Assembly: GCA_947173955.1 (NCBI GenBank)
Contig: CAMWHE010000004.1
Span: 6,513-70,512, forward strand
Length of the DNA: 64,000 bases
Reading direction: 5' to 3'
Source of the DNA: an uncultured Bacteroidales bacterium
Lineage (GTDB): Bacteria; Bacteroidota; Bacteroidia; Bacteroidales; Muribaculaceae
A model generated the notes under the pieces. The model did not search any database and was not told the DNA's origin. It worked only from the letters and a program-made list of their open reading frames with translations. Made by a program: the position numbers and the translations under genes. Shown here one piece after another: positions 58,110 to 64,000 of this stretch; within the stretch, counting starts at the first letter, position 1, and each line of letters opens with the position of its first letter.

Positions 58110-59750
58110 ATGTTAAAACGATTCTCATCCATATTGTTCTCGATATCGACAGGAGCATTGTCCTCATTTGCCTGCACGAGCCTCATCGCAGCACGAGGTA
58201 CAACGACCGACGGTTCGGTAATGATAACCTATGCCGCCGACAGCCACAATCTCTTCGGCGAACTCTATTCACAGCCGGCCGCAAAACACAAAAAGGGAGA
58301 TATGCGTAAAATCTACGAATGGGATACCAACAAATATCTTGGCGAGATCCCTGAAGTTGAGCAGACTTACGCCACTATCGGCAATATGAATGAGCACGCG
58401 CTCACCATATCCGAGAGCACATGGGGAGGACGTTCCGAGCTTGAAGGCTCAGGGCTGATCGACTACGGTTCGCTAATTTACATCACCTTACAACGCGCAA
58501 AGACAGCCCGCGAGGCCATCGATGTAATGACCGACCTCGTCAACCGCTACGGATATGCTTCGAGCGGAGAATCATTCTCTATTGCTGATCCGGACGAAGT
58601 ATGGATTATGGAGCTTATCGGCAAAGGTAAGGATGATCCGGGAGCTGTATGGGTCGCACGTCGCGTTCCTGACGACTGCATATCAGGCCATGCCAACCAT
58701 TCCCGTATTCACACTTTTCCGCTCGACGACCCCGAAAACACGCTTTACTCGCCTGATGTCATTGACTTTGCCCGCTCCAAAGGCTACTTCAATGGCGATG
58801 ACAAAGACTTCAGCTTCTCACGCGCCTACGCCGACTATGACTTTGGCGCCTTAAGGGGATGTGACGCGCGTGTATGGTCCTACTTCAACCGTTTTTCACC
58901 GGATATGGACAAATGGCTTCCATGGATCAATAATGCCGACGGAGAGCCTATGCCCCTATGGATCAAGCCTGACAAGAAACTGACAGCGGATGATCTTAAA
59001 TGGATGATGCGCGATCACTTCGAAGGTACACCGTTCGACATGACCAAAGATGTCGGCGCCGGTCCTTATGCAGTCCCCTACCGCTGGCGTCCGATGACAT
59101 TCAAGGTAGACAGCACGGAATACACCCACGAACGCGCGATCGCTACCCAGCAGACCGGATTTTCATTCGTCTCATCCATGAATAAAAATCTTCCCGAACA
59201 GCTACGCGGCCTTCTCTGGTTCGGCACAGACGACGCCAATACATGCGTCTATATACCTGTATTTTGCTCCGTCACACGCGTACCCGAGCAATTAGGCCAC
59301 GGTGACACTAATACACTCGATTGGAACCGCAACTTCTGGGTCAACAGCTATGTGGCAAATCAGGCTTACAACCGCTACTCGCAGATGATACCTGACATAC
59401 GCCGTGTCCAGTCATCCCTTGAAGACAGTTTCAGCAAAGAGGTATCTGCCATTGAGAAAGACGCAGCCTCGATGAAGCCCCGCGCTATAGCCAAAGCCGC
59501 TCAGCAGCTTGCCGACGCATCGGCGGCAAAAGCGACCGCCGACTATAAGGCGCTCGGAGATTTCCTCTTCGTAAAATTCATGGACGGAAACATAAAGAAG
59601 CAGAATCCTGACGGGTCGTTCTTGCGTACTGAAGAAGGAATACCGGCTTACCCGACCTATGGCGGGTATGATGATCCGCGCTACTTTGAGAATATAGTCC
59701 GCGAGACAGGCGATCACTTCAAAATCCACCCGGTCAACCAAGGAAATTAA
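58110..59750 (+). CDS. C69 family dipeptidase
   Basis: The signal peptide is followed by the nucleophile Cys (FACTSLIA), and the length and motifs are typical of C69. Confidence 0.85.
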   Translation: MLKRFSSILFSISTGALSSFACTSLIAARGTTTDGSVMITYAADSHNLFGELYSQPAAKHKKGDMRKIYEWDTNKYLGEIPEVEQTYATIGNMNEHALTISESTWGGRSELEGSGLIDYGSLIYITLQRAKTAREAIDVMTDLVNRYGYASSGESFSIADPDEVWIMELIGKGKDDPGAVWVARRVPDDCISGHANHSRIHTFPLDDPENTLYSPDVIDFARSKGYFNGDDKDFSFSRAYADYDFGALRGCDARVWSYFNRFSPDMDKWLPWINNADGEPMPLWIKPDKKLTADDLKWMMRDHFEGTPFDMTKDVGAGPYAVPYRWRPMTFKVDSTEYTHERAIATQQTGFSFVSSMNKNLPEQLRGLLWFGTDDANTCVYIPVFCSVTRVPEQLGHGDTNTLDWNRNFWVNSYVANQAYNRYSQMIPDIRRVQSSLEDSFSKEVSAIEKDAASMKPRAIAKAAQQLADASAAKATADYKALGDFLFVKFMDGNIKKQNPDGSFLRTEEGIPAYPTYGGYDDPRYFENIVRETGDHFKIHPVNQGN

Positions 59751-59755
59751 TACAG

Positions 59756-60226
59756 ATGCGCACAGAAGAACAATTGTCCGGAGTCACCCTGTTGGGCAAT
59801 ACGGGCACAAAATACCCTACCGAATACTCGCCGGAAGTCCTTGAGACTTTTATCAACAAGCATCCCGACCGCGAATACGTTGTCACATTCACTTGTCCGG
59901 AATTCACATCACTCTGCCCGAAAACAGGCCAGCCCGACTTTGCAAAAATCATAATCAACTATATCCCCAGAGAGAGAATGGTGGAGAGCAAGAGCCTCAA
60001 GCTCTATCTTTTCTCGTTCCGCAATCATGGTGATTTCCACGAGGACTGCATCAATATCATTCTGAATGATCTGTGGGATCTGATGTCACCCCGATATATT
60101 GAAGTGAAAGGCATATTCACCCCACGCGGAGGTATCGCGATCTATCCATTCGCCGCCCGCGGCGACGAAGATCATCAGTGGCTTGTCAAAGACCGTCTTA
60201 AATCCGCTCTTCTTGACTCGTTTTAA
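59756..60226 (+). CDS. queF: NADPH-dependent 7-cyano-7-deazaguanine (preQ0) reductase
   Basis: Contains [14 protein letters not shown] and the QueF motif [14 protein letters not shown]. Confidence 0.92.
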   Translation: MRTEEQLSGVTLLGNTGTKYPTEYSPEVLETFINKHPDREYVVTFTCPEFTSLCPKTGQPDFAKIIINYIPRERMVESKSLKLYLFSFRNHGDFHEDCINIILNDLWDLMSPRYIEVKGIFTPRGGIAIYPFAARGDEDHQWLVKDRLKSALLDSF

Positions 60227-61232
60227 GTACATATTGATTGCAGCCCTTCTGGCCGGCGCAGCCGCACCGTCGATTCGTCCGTGTACATCGTGCATATCGA
60301 CACGCGGCAACGCCATACTGTGGAAACACCGCGACACCGGTGCCCCCCACAACTTCCTGGCACATCATCCCGCCACCGACTCGACCTACGAATATATCGC
60401 CCTTCACAATCAGGGTGACACCCTCGGGCTCGAGGCATGGATAGGAATGAACAGAGCCGGACTGGCTATCATGAATACAGCGTCGTACAACCTTGCTCCG
60501 GACACAACTGTGCTAAAAGACCGGGAGGGATTCATAATGTCCAAGGCACTGCAACACTGTGCGACCGTCGATGATTTCGCCCATATGCTCGACGCGCTTC
60601 CCCACCCGCTGGGAGTGCAGGCCAATTTCGGCGTGATCGACGCAAATGGCGGAGCCGTCTATTTCGAGACATCCGATCACACCGCGACTCGCTACGACAT
60701 AGCGGAACAGACAACAGTAGTCCGCACAAACTACTCACACTCAGGAATGAGCTCGCACAGGTTAGGGCTATCTCGCGAAAAGGTCGCACGCCACTTCCTT
60801 GACAATCGCATATCCGTTTCCCCACGATACCTGACCGACACACTGTCAAGCTGCTTCTACGATATCAATGCGGGCTCCGACTTACTGAGCCTGAAAGATT
60901 CCGTCGTAGCAGACCGTGGAGAGTTCATCCCCAGATATATATCCACGGCATCCATCGCCATAGAGGCTGTTCCGTCACAAAGTGGAGACGGGTCGGAATA
61001 TATCATGTGGACACGCCTCGGCTACCCGCCTACATCCGAGACCTACGCCGTCAGATTCGACTCTATTCCTTCCGATGTGCTGCCCGACGGCAATGGCATC
61101 ACGCCGGCGGAGCGAAAAGCTGACAAAGGCAAATCCGCAATCTATCACCGCGGTAAAACCGGAAAATACCACACCATAGACACCCGTCAACTTAAGAAAG
61201 TACTTAACAATAATCAGATATGTCTCCCGTAA
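60183..61232 (+). CDS. Cys-Ntn-hydrolase-like protein (C45 / choloylglycine-hydrolase-like)
   Basis: The hydrophobic leader ends in ...SIRPCTSC, giving a candidate N-terminal nucleophile Cys. It has a non-ATG (TTG) start at either 60183 or 60213, and both overlap the queF end. The family call is tentative. Confidence 0.55.
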   Translation: MSKTVLNPLFLTRFKYILIAALLAGAAAPSIRPCTSCISTRGNAILWKHRDTGAPHNFLAHHPATDSTYEYIALHNQGDTLGLEAWIGMNRAGLAIMNTASYNLAPDTTVLKDREGFIMSKALQHCATVDDFAHMLDALPHPLGVQANFGVIDANGGAVYFETSDHTATRYDIAEQTTVVRTNYSHSGMSSHRLGLSREKVARHFLDNRISVSPRYLTDTLSSCFYDINAGSDLLSLKDSVVADRGEFIPRYISTASIAIEAVPSQSGDGSEYIMWTRLGYPPTSETYAVRFDSIPSDVLPDGNGITPAERKADKGKSAIYHRGKTGKYHTIDTRQLKKVLNNNQICLP

Positions 61233-61591
61233 TATCCACCCTCATACTGTTGGTAATCTCCAATGTATTCATGACCTGCGCATGGTATGGTCATCTGTCG
61301 CTCCAGAACCGCGGGATATCGACATCATGGCCGCTTTATGCAGTCATACTGTTTTCCTGGGGAATTGCTCTTCTGGAATACTGCTGCCAGGTGCCGGCCA
61401 ACCGTATCGGTTTCGAAGGCAACGGAGGTCCCTTCTCGCTTATGCAGCTGAAAGTCATGCAGGAAGTCATCACCCTTGTTGTTTTTGTAATCTTCAGTAT
61501 GCTTGTATTCGAAGGATTCGCGATACGCTGGAATCACATCGTTGCATTCATCCTGCTGATTGCCGCAGTATGGCTGATATTCATGAAATAA
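61220..61591 (+). CDS. DMT-superfamily small membrane protein (DUF486)
   Basis: 123 aa with 4 TM segments. The N-terminus ...NVFMTCAWYGHL is typical of DUF486. Confidence 0.75.
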   Translation: MSPVISTLILLVISNVFMTCAWYGHLSLQNRGISTSWPLYAVILFSWGIALLEYCCQVPANRIGFEGNGGPFSLMQLKVMQEVITLVVFVIFSMLVFEGFAIRWNHIVAFILLIAAVWLIFMK

Positions 61592-61639
61592 GTCAGCTCA
61601 CTATCATATTACTCATAATCTATTCAACACAAGCCATAT

Positions 61640-62845
61640 ATGCCAAAACTGTCACAACGCGGCGAAATAATGCCCGCATCACCCATACGGAAACTCGTTC
61701 CACTGGCTAATGCCGCAATGGCTCGCGGAGTAAAAGTCTATAAGCTCAATATCGGACAGCCTGACGTCCCGACGCCGCCCGAAGCATTTGAAGCGCTTGC
61801 AAAAATTGACCGTAAAGTACTTGAATACAGTCCGTCGGAAGGTATCCGCTCGCTGCGACAGAAGCTTGAACAATATTATCACAAATTCAACATCAACGTA
61901 GGTGCCGATGATATTATCGTCACAACCGGAGGCTCCGAAGCCGTGCTGTTTGCCTTCATGGCCTGCCTTGATCCGGGCGATGAAATCATTGTGCCGGAAC
62001 CGGCCTATGCCAACTATATGGCTTTCGCGATATCTGCAGGCGCAAAAATCATCACCGTTCCATCTTCAATCGACGATGGATTCTCCCTCCCCCCAATCGA
62101 GGAATTTGAGAAACTGATCACACCGCGTACCAAAGGCATCCTGATCTGCAATCCCAACAACCCGACCGGGTATCTGTACACACGCCGCGAGATGATGCAG
62201 ATACGTGATCTTGTAAAAAAATACGACCTGTTTCTGTTCAGCGACGAGGTTTATCGCGAATTCTGCTATACGGGAGCCCCATATATCTCAGCCTTTCATC
62301 TTGACGGTATTGAGGAGCAGGTAGTACTGATTGACTCGGTATCAAAGCGATACAATGAGTGCGGCATACGTATCGGCGCACTCATAACAAAGAATAAAGC
62401 CCTGCGCGACAACGTTATGAAATTCTGTCAGGCGCGCCTGAGTCCGCCACTTCTGGGTCAACTTGTCGCCGAAGCCTCCATCGACGCCTCGGTTGAATAT
62501 ATGCAGGACACCTACAATGAGTATGTCGAACGCCGTAAATTCCTGATCGATGGACTTAACCGCATTCCCGGCTGCTACACCCCCATCCCTATGGGCGCCT
62601 TCTATACCGTCGTCAGTCTGCCGATCGATGATGCCGACAGATTCTGCGCCTGGTGTCTGCGCGATTTCGAATATGACGGGGCTACCATATTCATGGCTCC
62701 CGCATCCGGATTCTACACGACACCGGGCAAAGGTCGCAATGAGGTGCGCATGGCCTATGTCCTCAATAAAGACGAGCTGGCTAAGGCGCTCGAAATATTA
62801 CGCGAAGCTCTCAAAGCCTATCCGGGCCGCACGATGCCGCAATGA
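61640..62845 (+). CDS. PLP-dependent aminotransferase (class I, aspartate aminotransferase-like)
   Basis: Contains NPNNPTG and the PLP-lysine region SVSKRY, with a length typical of the fold. Confidence 0.88.
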   Translation: MPKLSQRGEIMPASPIRKLVPLANAAMARGVKVYKLNIGQPDVPTPPEAFEALAKIDRKVLEYSPSEGIRSLRQKLEQYYHKFNINVGADDIIVTTGGSEAVLFAFMACLDPGDEIIVPEPAYANYMAFAISAGAKIITVPSSIDDGFSLPPIEEFEKLITPRTKGILICNPNNPTGYLYTRREMMQIRDLVKKYDLFLFSDEVYREFCYTGAPYISAFHLDGIEEQVVLIDSVSKRYNECGIRIGALITKNKALRDNVMKFCQARLSPPLLGQLVAEASIDASVEYMQDTYNEYVERRKFLIDGLNRIPGCYTPIPMGAFYTVVSLPIDDADRFCAWCLRDFEYDGATIFMAPASGFYTTPGKGRNEVRMAYVLNKDELAKALEILREALKAYPGRTMPQ

Positions 62846-64000
62846 ACACCGCGCTATTCATTTCCCGACGGCTCTCACTGAAGCGTAATACTTCCGGCGA
62901 GAAGCACTCTCCGGCTGTGACGATTGCCACAATCGGCATAGCCCTTGCTGTCGCGGTCATGATGCTGACCCTCTCCATAGTTCCGGGCTTTAAGAATGAG
63001 ATCACAAGAAAAGTGATGAGTTTCGACGCCCAACTGACTATCCTGCCGGTTGAACCGCTGACAATTGATAATCCCGCCGCTACGCCGGTCGTGCTTAACG
63101 AACCTCTGCTGGATCTTATTTCCGGGACATTGCCTGAAGGTGATATCACCCTCAACATAAAGCTACCGGGAATACTGAAAACGTCGGATCAATTCATGGG
63201 GCTTATTTTTCAGGCCTACAGCAATCCGGCAACCCTCGACTTCATTTCAGAGGATGTCATAGCCGGCAGCATACCGGATTACTCGGCTGACTCCGCGCGC
63301 TATGACATAGTGGTATCCCGCCACACCGCGCGTTTGCTTGACCTGAACGTCGGAGACAGAATCGACGGCTACTTCTTTACCAATGACAACCTACGTGCCC
63401 GCAAATTCAGTATTGCAGCGATATACGACTCTCATTTTGACGATTTCGACCGGCTTATATGTTTTATGTCATACCCGGCAGCTTGCAGGCTTGCCGAATT
63501 TAGCGACAATGAAGGCAGCTCAATCCAGATTCGTGCTCTTGACAACAATGACATTCCGGAGACACACCGGCTCATGATCTCAACCCTCTCAGACGCTTTT
63601 CACTCTGACATCACGCAGCAGTTTCTGGAAACTACCGACGTATATCAGCAGAATCCCATGTACTTCAACTGGCTTGATCTTCTTGACACAAATGTCGCCG
63701 TAATAATCTCACTCATGGGTGCCGTAGGAGCTATCACCCTGATATCATGCCTGTTCATCATTATCCTCGAGCGGATCAAGCTTATAGGCACGCTCAAGGC
63801 TCTCGGCACGACCAATTCCATGCTCAGAAGGATATTCCTTTACATGGCCGAGCGCATTGTCCTCCGAGGGATCATCATCGGGGACATCATAGCACTTATA
63901 ATAATCACCTTGCAATTACGATTCAATCTCCTGCCGCTCGACCCGGAGTCCTATTATCTCAGCTCAGTGCCTATGGAATACAACTGGGTAGGCTTCATTG
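62842..64000 (+). CDS. LolC/E-like FtsX-family ABC transporter permease (3' partial, runs off the window)
   Basis: This ORF is not in the supplied track. The ATG at 62842 overlaps the aminotransferase stop (ATGA). The translation starts MNTALFISRRLSLKRNTSGEKHSPAVTIATIGIALAVAVMMLTLSIV... and later reads ...ERIKLIGTLKALGTTN..., matching the FtsX/MacB-like domain order. Confidence 0.8.
   Translation, partial: MNTALFISRRLSLKRNTSGEKHSPAVTIATIGIALAVAVMMLTLSIVPGFKNEITRKVMSFDAQLTILPVEPLTIDNPAATPVVLNEPLLDLISGTLPEGDITLNIKLPGILKTSDQFMGLIFQAYSNPATLDFISEDVIAGSIPDYSADSARYDIVVSRHTARLLDLNVGDRIDGYFFTNDNLRARKFSIAAIYDSHFDDFDRLICFMSYPAACRLAEFSDNEGSSIQIRALDNNDIPETHRLMISTLSDAFHSDITQQFLETTDVYQQNPMYFNWLDLLDTNVAVIISLMGAVGAITLISCLFIIILERIKLIGTLKALGTTNSMLRRIFLYMAERIVLRGIIIGDIIALIIITLQLRFNLLPLDPESYYLSSVPMEYNWVGFI

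Noticed and set aside
1-64000. Search for CRISPR arrays, tRNA/rRNA genes, IS elements and integrases
   Set aside because: I found no regularly spaced repeats, no tRNA T-arm or acceptor signatures in intergenic regions, and no transposase- or recombinase-like ORFs in any of the six frames listed.

Overview
The window looks like a chromosomal segment from a Bacteroidales genome. The evidence is Bacteroides-type TTTG/TAnnTTTG promoter motifs, the T9SS translocon gene sprA, a T9SS C-terminal sorting domain on the first gene, ECF sigma/DUF4252 modules, and lpxB/lpxH. Most of it is densely packed core genome. Recognisable genes are rluA-like, fmt, purH-mreBCD-mrdA-rodA, prs, a GH13 enzyme, patatin, lpxH, msrAB, SpoIID/LytB, sprA (2481 aa), ruvA, an RND efflux operon, dcp, rpsF-rpsR-rplI, an ECF sigma module, lpxB, a C69 dipeptidase, queF, an aminotransferase, and a partial LolE-like permease that runs off the 3' end and is missing from the ORF track. 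I saw no rRNA, tRNA, CRISPR array, transposase or integrase. The accessory-looking parts are short, visibly AT-rich patches. (1) The most interesting is a 2162-bp cassette at 28977-31202, bracketed by 64-bp imperfect direct repeats (56/64 identical, no indels) and sitting right after the msrAB stop codon. It holds a GC-rich, hairpin-dense block of about 240-340 nt that I could not assign to any RNA family. It also holds a small unrecognised ORF and a CoiA-like zinc-ribbon/PD-(D/E)xK-type nuclease with a Cys-rich C-terminal extension. No recombinase is present. I treat it as a candidate undescribed mobile or defence module. (2) A cobalamin riboswitch drives a stand-alone lipoprotein gene with no transporter genes nearby. 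(3) A RelE/HigB (Gp49-like) toxin gene carries a frameshift, next to an intact XRE-type antitoxin gene. (4) Two low-GC orphan secreted-protein genes, one translationally coupled to a GNAT acetyltransferase gene. All functional calls come from reading the translated ORFs for motifs; no database search was run.
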